Source of the DNA: Candidatus Palauibacter sp.
GTDB taxonomy: Bacteria > Gemmatimonadota > Gemmatimonadetes > Palauibacterales > Palauibacteraceae
Reading direction: 5' to 3'
Length of the DNA: 64,000 nucleotides
Assembly: GCF_965208055.1 (NCBI RefSeq)
Contig: NZ_CBDBNY010000004.1
Coordinates: 320,045 to 384,044 of the forward strand
Each line of letters starts with the position of its first letter. Position 1 is the first letter of the stretch. Below the pieces are notes generated by a model. That model made no database searches and had not been told where the DNA came from. It saw only the letters and a list, made by a program, of their open reading frames with translations. Positions 9,363-19,536 of this stretch are shown here, piece after piece. The translations under genes and the position numbers were made by a program.

Positions 9363-9407
9363 CAAGCCCTCCCCGGAGCGATTCCCGGGGAGGGCTTGTC
9401 TCTTATT
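9363..9407 (+). terminator. Probable intrinsic terminator
   Basis: Perfect 14-bp stem caagccctccccgg / ccggggagggcttg followed by tctcttatt. Confidence 0.65.
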
Positions 9408-9505
9408 GCGCTTGACCGCCGGATCGGGTGCGGCTCAGGTTCACGACCCGTGTCCCGCTGCCCGTATGCGGCCGCGTCGACTGTCTACCGTGAACCGAGG
9501 TCTCG

Positions 9506-11521
9506 ATGAGAACAGCACGCGCCACAGCCCCCGCGCCGCCGTCCGTGTTCCGCCGTTTCCCCCTCCTGCTCGTGCTCGGCTTCGCCGTTGCAGGCTGCGC
9601 GGAAGGCGGCGGCCGCGAGGCGGACAACGCCGACTGGAAACACATTGCCGGCAACGACATGGGGCAGCGCTACTCGTCCCTCGACCAGATCGACCCGGAG
9701 AACTTCGAGAACCTCGAGGTGGCCTGGGTCTGGGAGGGATCGGACTACCCGGCCGTGAACGCGCGCGCCACGCCGATCTACGTGGACGGGATGCTGATCT
9801 CGGTGGCGGGCGAGAAGCGGCACACCTATGCCATCGACGCGGGCACCGGGGAGAAGGTCTGGGAGTACGTCGAGCCCGAGACCTTCCGCTGGGAGTACTC
9901 GATGCGGAAGAACCACGGGAAGGGCGTCGCGTACGGCGAGATCGACGGTCGCGCGGTCGTCTACATGGCGAGTCCCGCCTTCTTCCTGCACGCGCTGTGG
10001 GCCGACACGGGCGAGCACGTGGAGGGCTTCGGCGGGCCCGTCGGCGTCCCGGGCTTCCCGGAGTCGGGGGTTGTCGACCTGCTCGCGGGACTCGGGCACG
10101 AGTTCGACCCGTACCACGGCATTCCGCTCGAGACCGGCTACATCACGAGTTCGTCCCCCCCGATCGTCGTCAACGGGGTCATCGTGATCGGGAACTCCGC
10201 CGAGCAGGGCTACAACCAGTCGCGGCGCGAAAACGTGCCGGGCGACATCCTCGGCTACGACGCCCGCACGGGCGACTTCATGTGGAAGTTCAACGTCCTC
10301 CCGGGACCGGGTGAGTTCGGCCACGAGACGTGGGAGAACGACGCGTGGGAATGGACGGGCGACATCTCGTCGTGGGCGCCGCTCTCGGCGGACGAGGAGC
10401 GGGGCATCGTCTACATCCCGACCAACGGGGCCACGATGGACTTCTGGGGCGGCTTCCGGCCGGGAGACAACCTGTTCTCGACGAGCCTGATCGCGCTCGA
10501 TGTGCAGACGGGAGAACGGGTTTGGCACTATCAGCTCGTGCACCACGACATCTGGAACTACGACACGCCGCAGATCCCCGTGCTGATGGACGTGACGGTG
10601 GATGGCGAGGACGTTCCGGCGGTCGTGCAGGTCACGAAGCAGGCCTTCGCGTACACCTTCAACCGGGAGACGGGCGAGCCGGTCTGGCCGATCGAGGAGC
10701 GGCCGGTGCCGGAGGGGCTCATGCCGGGCGAGGCGCTCTCGCCGACGCAGCCGTTCCCGACCAGGCCGGCGCCGTACGACATGCAGGGGCTGACGCACGA
10801 CGACCTGATCGATTTCACGCCGGAGCTGCGGGAAGCCGCGATCGAAGCGCTCGATGACTACGTGATCGGTCCGCTGTTCACGCCGCCGCTGCACCGCGAC
10901 AACGACCTCGGCAAGGTGGCGTCGATGTGGTGTCCGGGAGATGTCGGAGGGACGAACATCGACGGGACGCCGGCGGCGGATCCGGAGACGGGGATCCTGT
11001 ACGTGACGTCGCAGAAGGGGTGCGGGTCGCGGATCATGGTGCCGGGTGAGGAGCGCGACGCGCGGGAGCCGGCGCAGACGGGGACGACGATCACGAAGTT
11101 CGCGGTCGGGGGGTTCGCGGGGGTCCGCCGGGTGCAGGGTCTTCCGCTGTTCAAGCCGCCGTACAGCCGGATCACGGCGATCGACATGAACACGGGCGAG
11201 CACCTGTGGTGGATTCCGGTGGGCGACACGCCGAACAGCGTGCTCGAGCATGACGCGCTGCAGGGCATGGATATCCCGAACACGGGCACGGGACGGCAGG
11301 CGGCGCAGATCGTCACGAGCACCCTGCTCATGTACACGGGGGAGGGCGGCGACGGGACCTCCTACCTGTTCGCCGTGAACAAGGCGACGGGCGAGCGGCT
11401 GGGGCAGGTCGAGCTTCCGGCGCAGCCGCGGTACGGGATGATGACGTACATGCACGAAGGCAGGCAGCACGTCGTGATCCAGGCTCCCAACACGCTGATG
11501 GCGCTGCGTCTCGCCGACTGA
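9506..11521 (+). CDS. PQQ-dependent dehydrogenase (glucose/quinate type), lipoprotein
   Basis: Lipobox VAGC; QRYSSLDQI, SSPPIVVNG, PGDNLFSTSLIALD, WHYQLVHHDIWNYD, KPPYSRITAID. Confidence 0.88.
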   Translation: MRTARATAPAPPSVFRRFPLLLVLGFAVAGCAEGGGREADNADWKHIAGNDMGQRYSSLDQIDPENFENLEVAWVWEGSDYPAVNARATPIYVDGMLISVAGEKRHTYAIDAGTGEKVWEYVEPETFRWEYSMRKNHGKGVAYGEIDGRAVVYMASPAFFLHALWADTGEHVEGFGGPVGVPGFPESGVVDLLAGLGHEFDPYHGIPLETGYITSSSPPIVVNGVIVIGNSAEQGYNQSRRENVPGDILGYDARTGDFMWKFNVLPGPGEFGHETWENDAWEWTGDISSWAPLSADEERGIVYIPTNGATMDFWGGFRPGDNLFSTSLIALDVQTGERVWHYQLVHHDIWNYDTPQIPVLMDVTVDGEDVPAVVQVTKQAFAYTFNRETGEPVWPIEERPVPEGLMPGEALSPTQPFPTRPAPYDMQGLTHDDLIDFTPELREAAIEALDDYVIGPLFTPPLHRDNDLGKVASMWCPGDVGGTNIDGTPAADPETGILYVTSQKGCGSRIMVPGEERDAREPAQTGTTITKFAVGGFAGVRRVQGLPLFKPPYSRITAIDMNTGEHLWWIPVGDTPNSVLEHDALQGMDIPNTGTGRQAAQIVTSTLLMYTGEGGDGTSYLFAVNKATGERLGQVELPAQPRYGMMTYMHEGRQHVVIQAPNTLMALRLAD

Positions 11522-11579
11522 TCGCGGGCCTCCGGCGGCCCGGGTTGGCGCCGATGGCGGCGCCTCGCGACATTTTGGC

Positions 11580-13349
11580 ATGAGTTATCGCTTCTTCGCG
11601 GGAATCCGGCCGTCCGGGGTCTGGCTCGCCGCCGCCCTGCTCGTCGTGCCGGCCTCCTGGCTGTGGACCGCAGCGCCCGCCGCGGCCCAGACGATCAGCG
11701 GCACCGTGCGGGAGACCGGCGGCGGCCGACCCATCGCGGGCGGCTTCATCAGCCTGCTGAACAGCGAGGGCGAGGCCATCGAGGCCGATTTTACGGCGGC
11801 CGACGGGATCTTCTCCCTCAGGGCGCCCGGCCCGGGCCGGTACCGGATTCGGGTGGAGCGAATCGGATACGCCAACTGGGTCACGGAGCCCTACGACGTG
11901 ACGGCCGGGCAGTCGCTCACGATTACGGTGGAAGTCCCGCCGGAACCCGTCCGGCTCGGCGACCTGCGCGTCGAAGTCAGCGGATCCTGCCTGGACGATC
12001 CGAGCGAAGGGGCCGCCCTCGCCACGGTTTGGGAGGAGGCGCGCAAGGCGCTCGAAACCGCGGTGTGGGCCGAGGGCCGGGGTGAGCTCACGTTTACCCT
12101 CCGGGAGTACCAACGCACGCTCGATCCGCGCCATCTCACGACGCTGGAGGTGGAGAGCCGCACGCGGCGGCACGTTCGACTGCCCCCGTTCCGGAGCCTG
12201 CCGGCCCGCCAGCTCACGACGTCGGGCTACGCGCTCGTGGAGGCGGACTCGGCCATCTTCTACGCGCCGGACGCGACGGTGCTGCTGTCGCCGGAGTTCC
12301 GGGACACCCAGTGTTTCGGCTTGGAGCGCGCCGAAGTCGACGACGAAGCGATGCTCGGGATCACGTTCCGCCCGCGGCGAGGGCGCGACGTGATCGACAT
12401 CGAGGGCACGCTCTGGCTCGCCGAGGAGAGCGCGGAACTGCGCCGCGTGCAGATCCGGTACCGCAACGTCCCGATGCCGCGAAACGCGCAGCGTCGGCAC
12501 ATCGGCGCGGATCTCACGTTCGACCGCCTGCCGGACGGCCCCTTCTATGTCCGCGACTGGTGGGTGCGGTTCCCGATCGGGAGCCGGAGCTCGCGCTTCA
12601 GGGCAGGTCTGTCCGGCCGTCTGGATCCGGTACTCGTGGCGTACCGCCAGGCGGGCGGCACGGTGACGGACGCCTTCGCGGGCGGCGTCTCGTTCGAGGT
12701 GGGCGAGGGTGCGGTCACGGGCGTGCTTCGAGACAGCGTGAGCGGCGAGCCGCTCGCGGGCGCGGAGATCGTCGTCCGGGACTGGGACGACGCGGCGGCC
12801 TTCCTGCCCCGGCCGCAAGCCGCGGACGTCCCGTTCAGCGCGGTCACGGATGAAGCCGGAGGCTTCGAGGTGGCGGGACTGCCGGATGGCGTCTACGCGT
12901 TGGGCGTGGATCACCCGAAGCTTCAGGCCGCGGGAGTGCGGCTCAACGAGACCCGCGTGGTCATCGAGGATCGAACCAGCGACCCGCTGGAACTGTGGAC
13001 GCCGTCCGCCGACGCTCTCTTCGCGCGCGTCTGTCCCCGGTCGTCACCTTATGGGAGTACGGGCGCCGTGGTCGGGTTCGCGCGCGATGCCGACACGGGG
13101 CTACCGCTGCCGAATATCGACGTCGAGGCCGTGTGGCGGGTGCAGCGGCTTCAGGGCACGCCGCGAAACGCCGTCACGTCCGAACAGTCGGAGTACGCCG
13201 GGGGCGCGTCCGACGAGCGCGGCCGGTTCACGATCTGCGGCGTCCCGCTCGGCGAGCCGGTCCTGCTGCGGCCTCGGGGCGTCGACGAGGCCGTGGAACT
13301 CGAACTCGTCACGCGCATCGCGTGGCGCGACGTGTTCGTCCAGCCGTAA
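11580..13349 (+). CDS. Secreted protein with carboxypeptidase-regulatory-like domains
   Basis: Signal peptide (AAAQ); ISGTVRE...YRIRVERIGY; further VTGVLRDSVSGEPLAGA and SDERGRFTICGVP modules. Confidence 0.75.
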   Translation: MSYRFFAGIRPSGVWLAAALLVVPASWLWTAAPAAAQTISGTVRETGGGRPIAGGFISLLNSEGEAIEADFTAADGIFSLRAPGPGRYRIRVERIGYANWVTEPYDVTAGQSLTITVEVPPEPVRLGDLRVEVSGSCLDDPSEGAALATVWEEARKALETAVWAEGRGELTFTLREYQRTLDPRHLTTLEVESRTRRHVRLPPFRSLPARQLTTSGYALVEADSAIFYAPDATVLLSPEFRDTQCFGLERAEVDDEAMLGITFRPRRGRDVIDIEGTLWLAEESAELRRVQIRYRNVPMPRNAQRRHIGADLTFDRLPDGPFYVRDWWVRFPIGSRSSRFRAGLSGRLDPVLVAYRQAGGTVTDAFAGGVSFEVGEGAVTGVLRDSVSGEPLAGAEIVVRDWDDAAAFLPRPQAADVPFSAVTDEAGGFEVAGLPDGVYALGVDHPKLQAAGVRLNETRVVIEDRTSDPLELWTPSADALFARVCPRSSPYGSTGAVVGFARDADTGLPLPNIDVEAVWRVQRLQGTPRNAVTSEQSEYAGGASDERGRFTICGVPLGEPVLLRPRGVDEAVELELVTRIAWRDVFVQP

Positions 13350-13386
13350 CGATCCGCCGCTCCCCGGCCTCCCGCGTCGCCGAGCC

Positions 13387-14703
13387 TCAGTCCGTGGATG
13401 GGCGCCGCGACTTCAGGTAGTCGAGCAGCAGGTTCGACATCGCGCGCATCCCGATCGAAATCGAGGCGTCGTCCGCGCGGAAGTCCGGCGTGTGGTGGCC
13501 CCCGGAGCCCAGCTCGGGATTCACGGAACCCAGCCGGTAGAAGAAGCCGGGCACCTCGTTCGCGAAGTAGGCGAAATCCTCGCCGCCCATCGTGGGTTCG
13601 ATGACGAGGAGGTTTTCGTCGCCCACGATCTTCGCCAGCGTCGGGGCCATCTGTGCGGTCAGCGCGCGGTCGTTGATCGTCGCCGGCGTGCCCCGGTCGT
13701 AGTCGAGGACGTAGCTGCCGCCGCCGGCCCGCGTGATCCCGTCGAGAATCTCGTCCATGCGCCGTTCGACGGCGTCCCGCACGTCGGGGTTGTAGGTCCG
13801 GACCGTGCCCTCGAGCCACATTTCCTGAGGGATGATGTTGAAGCGCTCGCCGCCCCGCATGACGCCGACCGTGATCACGCTGGGCTCGAGCGGAGAGAGG
13901 TTGCGCGACCGGATGGTCTGGAAGGCGGTCACGGCCTGCGAGGCCATCACGACGGGATCGATGCTCGTGTGAGGCTGGGCTCCGTGCGCCTGCCTGCCGA
14001 CGATCCGGATCTTGAAGTGATCGACCGCCGCCAGCGCGGGGCCGGGCGTATAGCCGAGCGTCCCGACGTCCATCGAAGAGAAGGTGTGGAGTCCGAAAAT
14101 GGCGGAGGGGACGACGCCTTCCAGCGCGCCTTCCCGGACCATGAGTTCGGCGCCGCCTTCCTCGCCCGGGGGTGGTCCTTCTTCGGCTGGCTGGAAGATG
14201 AACTTGATCGTGCCGGGGATCCGGTCGCGCATCGAGGCGAGGACCGAGGCCACGCCGAGCTGCACGGCGGTATGCACGTCGTGGCCGCACGCGTGCATCA
14301 CGCCGACTTCCTGGCCGCCGTACTCGGTGCGGACCGTGGAGGCGAAGGAATACCCGGTGTTCTCGGTGACGGGGAGCGCGTCCATGTCCGCCCGAACCGC
14401 GACCACGTCGCCGGGCAGGCCGCCTTTCAGGATCCCGATGACTCCGGTGTGCGCGACCCCCTCGATGACTTCGTCGAAGCCCAGTTCACGCAGATGGGCC
14501 GCGACCATGGCCGCGGTCTCGAACTCGCGGTTGCCGAGTTCGGGGAACTGGTGGATCCGGTGGCGCATCTCGACGATCCGGTCGAGCACGCCGTCGATCG
14601 CCGCGTCCACGGCGGGATCCTGCCCCGCCAGCGGAGTCACGAGCGTTCCGGCAAGCGTTCCGGCGAGGAGCGCGAGGGAAAACGGAGTTCGGGGAGTACC
14701 CAT
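13387..14703 (-). CDS. M20D amidohydrolase
   Basis: HQFPELGNREFET, RADMDALP, MHACGHDVH, FQPAEEG, MGGEDF; signal peptide. Start is 14703 or 14727. Confidence 0.92.
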   Translation of the reverse strand: MGTPRTPFSLALLAGTLAGTLVTPLAGQDPAVDAAIDGVLDRIVEMRHRIHQFPELGNREFETAAMVAAHLRELGFDEVIEGVAHTGVIGILKGGLPGDVVAVRADMDALPVTENTGYSFASTVRTEYGGQEVGVMHACGHDVHTAVQLGVASVLASMRDRIPGTIKFIFQPAEEGPPPGEEGGAELMVREGALEGVVPSAIFGLHTFSSMDVGTLGYTPGPALAAVDHFKIRIVGRQAHGAQPHTSIDPVVMASQAVTAFQTIRSRNLSPLEPSVITVGVMRGGERFNIIPQEMWLEGTVRTYNPDVRDAVERRMDEILDGITRAGGGSYVLDYDRGTPATINDRALTAQMAPTLAKIVGDENLLVIEPTMGGEDFAYFANEVPGFFYRLGSVNPELGSGGHHTPDFRADDASISIGMRAMSNLLLDYLKSRRPSTD

Positions 14704-14960
14704 GCTTCTTCCTGGTCGCGGATTCACACGAAAGACCGTTGCGGCGACGGTCTCGACTGGCGCACGGAAGGTGGGCCGGCGGGGCCCGCGCGGGCAACGG
14801 TGAGAGACCGGCGGCGACGGCCGGTGACCGTGGCTGGCGGCGGCGGGAGGTGGAGGCGAGACTTCGACCTGTTGCGTCCTTTCGCCGTCTCGTTCGTCTC
14901 ACGGGATGAGAAGACGAAGTAGAGGACGACAACGAGCCACGAAACCGGGAGAAGCGAACC

Positions 14961-15419
14961 ATGCGACTGCAACTCGCCCTCAACGTCAGAGATATCGACG
15001 AGGCGGTGGACTACTACGCGAAGTTCTTCGGCGCGACCCCGCACAAGCGCCGTCCCGGCTACGCCAACTTCGCGATCGACGAGCCGCCCCTGAAACTCGT
15101 CCTGTTCGAGAACCCGGACGCGTCGGAGCGCATCAACCACCTGGGTGTGGAGGTGTTCGACGATGCATCGGTGCGGAGCGCCGGGGCGAGGCTGGAGGCG
15201 GCGGACATCCTGACGGCGGTGGAGGAAGAGGCGGTGTGCTGTCACGCGGCCCAGACGAAGGTGTGGTCTCACGAGCCGCAGGGTCTCCGGTGGGAATGGT
15301 ACGTGGTCACGGACGACGCACCGGACGAGGAGGCGCTGGCCGCATCGTGCCCGCCCGACGCCGGGTGCGAAACCGATGCCGCCACCGATGCCGCCACCGA
15401 GACCTGCTGTGCCGGTTGA
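14961..15419 (+). CDS. ArsI/CadI-family VOC metalloenzyme
   Basis: LQLALNV, RPGYANFAIDEPPLKLVLFE, NHLGVEV, CCHA.QTKVW..P.G..WEWY; terminal CC. Confidence 0.88.
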   Translation: MRLQLALNVRDIDEAVDYYAKFFGATPHKRRPGYANFAIDEPPLKLVLFENPDASERINHLGVEVFDDASVRSAGARLEAADILTAVEEEAVCCHAAQTKVWSHEPQGLRWEWYVVTDDAPDEEALAASCPPDAGCETDAATDAATETCCAG

Positions 15420-16017
15420 GTCAGGCGCCGCACACGCCGTGCCCGCGTGGTCCGACTTCCAGAGTCGCCTGGGGCGCTACGTTGCCGGGCGCGTGGACCC
15501 TGCCTGGGCGGATGATGTCACGGGCGACATCCTCGTTCGCCTGCTCGAGCGCCAGGGCGACCTCGCGCGAGCGCGGGATCCGCTCGCCTGGGCCTATCGC
15601 GTCGCCACGAACGTCATCACCGATCACTACCGGCGCCGGGCCGTCGAATCGCGAACACTGACCCGGGTGGGACAGGAGGCCGGCGGACGTGAGCGGACCC
15701 CGGACTCGGAGGATCACGAAGCCGTGCGGAGGGACCTGGAAGCGTGTCTGCTTCCATTCGCCCGCGAACTACCTCCGAAGTACTCGGAGGCGTTGATGCT
15801 CACCACCTTTGGCGGACTCACGCAGGTGGAAGCCGCGCGCCGACTCGGACTCGGCACGTCGGGGATGAAGTCGCGGGTGCAGCGGGCGCGGGCGCTGCTG
15901 AAGCGGCGGCTCCTGGAGTGCTGCGACTTCGAGATGGACCGTCGCGGGGGCGTGATCGACATGCGGCCACGGCGGGCGCGCTCCACCGACGCCCCGCAAC
16001 CGGCGGCGCGTGCGTGA
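15409..16017 (+). CDS. ECF sigma factor, SigZ-like
   Basis: AWAYRVATNVITDHYR (region 2); LPPKYSEAL...GMKSRVQRAR (region 4); SigZ-type tail LLECCDFEMDRRG. Start uncertain. Confidence 0.82.
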   Translation: MPVESGAAHAVPAWSDFQSRLGRYVAGRVDPAWADDVTGDILVRLLERQGDLARARDPLAWAYRVATNVITDHYRRRAVESRTLTRVGQEAGGRERTPDSEDHEAVRRDLEACLLPFARELPPKYSEALMLTTFGGLTQVEAARRLGLGTSGMKSRVQRARALLKRRLLECCDFEMDRRGGVIDMRPRRARSTDAPQPAARA

Positions 16018-17282
16018 GAGTCGCGGTGGTCGGTGGCGGTATCATCGGGCTGTGTGCCGCCCACTATCTTGAACGTCGCGGAGCCGAGGTCGTCCTCCTC
16101 GAGCGAGGCGAGGTCGGCGGCGGGTGCTCGAAGGGAAACGGCGGTTGGGTCTGTCCGTCGATCTCCCGCCCGCTGCCGGCGCCGGGGCTGACGCTCACCT
16201 CGCTGCGCTGGATGCTCCGCTCCGACAGCCCGCTCTACATCAAGCCGTCGGCCATGCCCGGGCTCATGGGCTGGCTGTGGGCCTTTCGTCGTCACTGTAA
16301 TGCCGGGAGCTACGGGGCGGGGGTTGCCGCGCTCGCGGCCCTGAACGCGGCGACGGACCGGTTGTACCGCGGACTCGCGGATGACGGCGTGGAGTTCGAA
16401 CACGCCGAGAGCGGGACCATTCTCGCCTACGACGACGAGGGCGAACGCGGGCAGGCCGCGGAATTGCTCGCCCGGCTGGGCGAGGAGCGGGTCGGGCCGG
16501 TCGACATGCTCGACCGCGAGGCTCTCAGGGAGGCGGAGCCGGACCTGGGCGGGAATTTGATCGGCTTGCGGATGCGCGGGGACACGCACGTGCGCCCCGA
16601 GTCGCTCTGTGCCGGGCTTGCCGCGAGCCTGGAGGCCCGCGGCGCCGAGATCAGGACGGGAGTGCGTGTCGTCGGCTTCACGCGGGTCGGCCGTCGGGTC
16701 CGGGCCATGGTCGCCCGGAACCCCGGAACCGGGGGGGCGGACGTCGGGAGGGCGGAGGAGATCGGCGCGGATGTCGTCGTGCTCGCCGCGGGGGCCGAGA
16801 CGGCCGCCCTGGTGGCGACCCTGGGTCGGAGGCTTCCCGTGCAGGCGGGGAAGGGCTACAGCATCACCGTCAGGAACGCGCGGGTCCAGCTCTCACAGCC
16901 TTTGCACGTGACGCCGGCCAGGATCGGCTTCACGCCATTTCGAGGGGCCGTGCGCACGATCGGGACCATGGAGTTCTCCGGCATCAACCTGCGCCTCGAC
17001 CCGCGCCGCGTCGCCATCCTGGAGCGGGCCGCGCGCCGCTACCTGCCCGGCGCGCTCGATGGGTCCGAGCGCGTCGATTGGGTGGGCATGCGGCCGGTGA
17101 CGCCGGACGGCCTCCCCGCCATCGGCTGGTTGCCCGGTCTCCCCAACGTGTGCGTGGCCACGGGCCACCAGATGCTCGGCGTCACGCTGGCCCCGTCGAC
17201 CGGCCACGCGCTCGCCCAACTCGTCCTCGATGGACGCTCGGAACTCGATCTCGCGCCCTTCGATCCCGCGCGCTTCACGTGA
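16014..17282 (+). CDS. FAD-dependent D-amino acid dehydrogenase (DadA/DAO family)
   Basis: GTGA coupling; VAVVGGGIIG, CSKGNGG, GKGYS, WVGMRPVTPDGLPAIG, ATGHQMLGVTLAP. Confidence 0.88.
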   Translation: MRVAVVGGGIIGLCAAHYLERRGAEVVLLERGEVGGGCSKGNGGWVCPSISRPLPAPGLTLTSLRWMLRSDSPLYIKPSAMPGLMGWLWAFRRHCNAGSYGAGVAALAALNAATDRLYRGLADDGVEFEHAESGTILAYDDEGERGQAAELLARLGEERVGPVDMLDREALREAEPDLGGNLIGLRMRGDTHVRPESLCAGLAASLEARGAEIRTGVRVVGFTRVGRRVRAMVARNPGTGGADVGRAEEIGADVVVLAAGAETAALVATLGRRLPVQAGKGYSITVRNARVQLSQPLHVTPARIGFTPFRGAVRTIGTMEFSGINLRLDPRRVAILERAARRYLPGALDGSERVDWVGMRPVTPDGLPAIGWLPGLPNVCVATGHQMLGVTLAPSTGHALAQLVLDGRSELDLAPFDPARFT

Positions 17283-17396
17283 TGTCGCCGGCCTCGAACC
17301 TCGCGTGACCGTGCCGATCCGCGATCCGGGTTGACCGTTCGGGTCGCGCCACGGACACTGTGGGCACCCGAATTCCCCGTACCGAAGGCCAGCCGA

Positions 17397-18074
17397 GTGA
17401 GCAAATTCGACGATCTGCGCACCCACCTGCGGGCGATCCGCACGCTCACCAGGGGAGTGACGCAGGGTCTGCCGGTCCTTGAGGCGGCGGAGGACCCCTA
17501 CGATCTCTTCAACGACTGGTTCCGGGATGCCGAGGCGTCAGGGCTGCTGCTGCCGGAGTCGATGGCGCTCGCCACGGCGACCGGCGACGGGCGGCCCTCG
17601 GTGCGGATGGTCCTCCTGAAGGGATTCGGGCCCGGCGGCTTCCGTTTCTACACCAACTACGGCAGTCGCAAGGCCACGGAACTGGACGACAATCCGCAGG
17701 CTTCGCTCTGTTTCCACTGGTCGGTGCTGGAGCGGCAGGTGCGCATTGAAGGGCGTGTCGAGCGCCTCTCCGCGGAGGACTCGGCGGCGTACTTCGCGAC
17801 GCGCGACCGGGGGAGCCGGATCGGTGCATGGGCTTCCGCGCAGAGCCGTCCGATCGCCGACCGCGCCGGGCTCGAAGCGCAGGTGGCGGAGGCGGAGGCC
17901 CGGTTCGAGGGGAGAGACGTGCCCCTGCCCGACTTCTGGGGCGGATACGTCCTCGTTCCCGACCGGATCGAGTTTTGGCAGGGCCGGGCGAACCGGCTGC
18001 ACGACCGTCTCGAATACACGCCGCGCCACACACCCCACGACGGAAGCTGGAAGATCACCCGCCTCCAACCGTAG
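17397..18074 (+). CDS. pdxH: Pyridoxamine 5'-phosphate oxidase
   Basis: PSVRMVLLK, FYTNYGSRKA, RQVRIEG, SRIGAWASAQS, EFWQGRANRLHDR. Start uncertain. Confidence 0.93.
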   Translation: MSKFDDLRTHLRAIRTLTRGVTQGLPVLEAAEDPYDLFNDWFRDAEASGLLLPESMALATATGDGRPSVRMVLLKGFGPGGFRFYTNYGSRKATELDDNPQASLCFHWSVLERQVRIEGRVERLSAEDSAAYFATRDRGSRIGAWASAQSRPIADRAGLEAQVAEAEARFEGRDVPLPDFWGGYVLVPDRIEFWQGRANRLHDRLEYTPRHTPHDGSWKITRLQP

Positions 18075-18130
18075 TGAGCGCCTCCAGCCGCGGGTCAGCG
18101 GCCTGGCGCGGGCATCGGTCCGCGGGCCGC

Positions 18131-19480
18131 TTAGCCCAGGAGACCGAGTCCGGCGAGCACGACGAGCCCCACGGCGGCCGGCACGATGAAGCGCATGACC
18201 GGACCCCACGCCGCGGTGACCCTGAAGCGCCCCGCCCCCTGGTTCGTCTCCGCCCGGTACCGTTCGAAGCCCCAGACGAAGGCCACATAGAGGGAGATCG
18301 CGAGCCCGCCGACCGTGAGGAAGATGTTCCCGGACACATAGTCGGCGAGTTCGAACAGACCGCGGCCTCCAAGCTGTATCGCGGCCCAGGGCCCGCCGCC
18401 GAGCGCGAGCGGGACTCCCGAGAGGAGGATGACGCCGAGCACGGTCCAGAGCGATCGACGGCGGCTCCAGCCCAGCGAGTCCATGGCGCTCGACGTGAGG
18501 GCTTCGAGCAGCGCGAGACATGAGGTGAGTCCCGCGATGAACACGAAGAAGAAGAAGAACGCCGCGGCCACCTCGCCCGCCGGCAGGCGGCCGAAGAGAC
18601 CCGCCATCGTGATGAAGAGCAGGCCCGCCCCCTGGTCGGGCTCCATGCCGAAGGCGAAGAGGGCGGGGAACATGACGAACCCCGCGAGGACGGCGGCGAG
18701 CGTGTCGCAGGCCACGATCGCGGCGGCGCTCCCGGGGATGTCGCTGTGGCGCGGATGCAGAAAGCTCCCGAACACGAACGCGCCCATCATCCCGACCCCG
18801 ATGGAATAGAAGGCCTGTCCGAGCGCCGCGAGCCACGTCTCCGGACCGATGGCCGAGAAGTCGGGCGCGAGATACCAGCGGACGCCCTCCCACGCCCCGT
18901 CGAACCGGAGCGAGACGATCCCGAGTCCGATGAGGAAAAAGAAGAGGACGGGCATCAGGAATCGCGCCGCGCGCTCGATCCCCCGCCGCAACCCTCGGGT
19001 GATGATGAGTCCCGCCAGCAGCATCACGGGGATCGTGTAGGCGAGCACCTCTCCCGGGCGCGCGGTGAAGGCCGCGAACGACTCCGCCGCAGCCTGTACG
19101 CTTCCGGTATCGTAACCCCCCCGGAAGGCACGGACGAAGTAGGCCGCGATCCAGCCCATGATGAGCTGGTAGTAGGACATGATGAGGAACGCGGCACCCA
19201 TGCCGAGCCAGCCGATCGCCCGGAACGGGCTTCGTCCCGCGAGCTTTCGCATCCCGGCCAGCGGCGTCGCCTGCGCGCGGCGTCCGAGGCTGATCTCGGC
19301 GGTGAACAGCGGAATCCCGATCAGCAACGCGAGCAGGACGTAGATGAGGAGAAAGGCGCCTCCCCCGTTCTCGCCGGCCAGGTACGGGAATCTCCAGATG
19401 TTCCCGAGCCCCACCGAGAACCCGGTGGTGGCGAGAATGAAGCCCAGCGGGCTACCCCATCGTTCGCGCGGCGTACTCAT
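18131..19480 (-). CDS. Sodium-dependent transporter (NSS/SNF family)
   Basis: RERWGS..GFILA..GFSVGLGNIWRFPY..GENGGGAFLLIY; ALGQAFYS. Start set at MSTPRERW. Confidence 0.93.
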   Translation of the reverse strand: MSTPRERWGSPLGFILATTGFSVGLGNIWRFPYLAGENGGGAFLLIYVLLALLIGIPLFTAEISLGRRAQATPLAGMRKLAGRSPFRAIGWLGMGAAFLIMSYYQLIMGWIAAYFVRAFRGGYDTGSVQAAAESFAAFTARPGEVLAYTIPVMLLAGLIITRGLRRGIERAARFLMPVLFFFLIGLGIVSLRFDGAWEGVRWYLAPDFSAIGPETWLAALGQAFYSIGVGMMGAFVFGSFLHPRHSDIPGSAAAIVACDTLAAVLAGFVMFPALFAFGMEPDQGAGLLFITMAGLFGRLPAGEVAAAFFFFFVFIAGLTSCLALLEALTSSAMDSLGWSRRRSLWTVLGVILLSGVPLALGGGPWAAIQLGGRGLFELADYVSGNIFLTVGGLAISLYVAFVWGFERYRAETNQGAGRFRVTAAWGPVMRFIVPAAVGLVVLAGLGLLG

Positions 19481-19536
19481 CTTCCAACAGTTGCCAGAGG
19501 TCGCAGATCCGTCCAGAGTAGGGCACCCGAGAGGAG

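Noticed and set aside
15372-15400. 12-bp tandem repeat accgatgccgcc (a similar one near 14641-14665)
   Set aside because: In-frame micro-duplications in low-complexity tails or signal peptides; no evident function.
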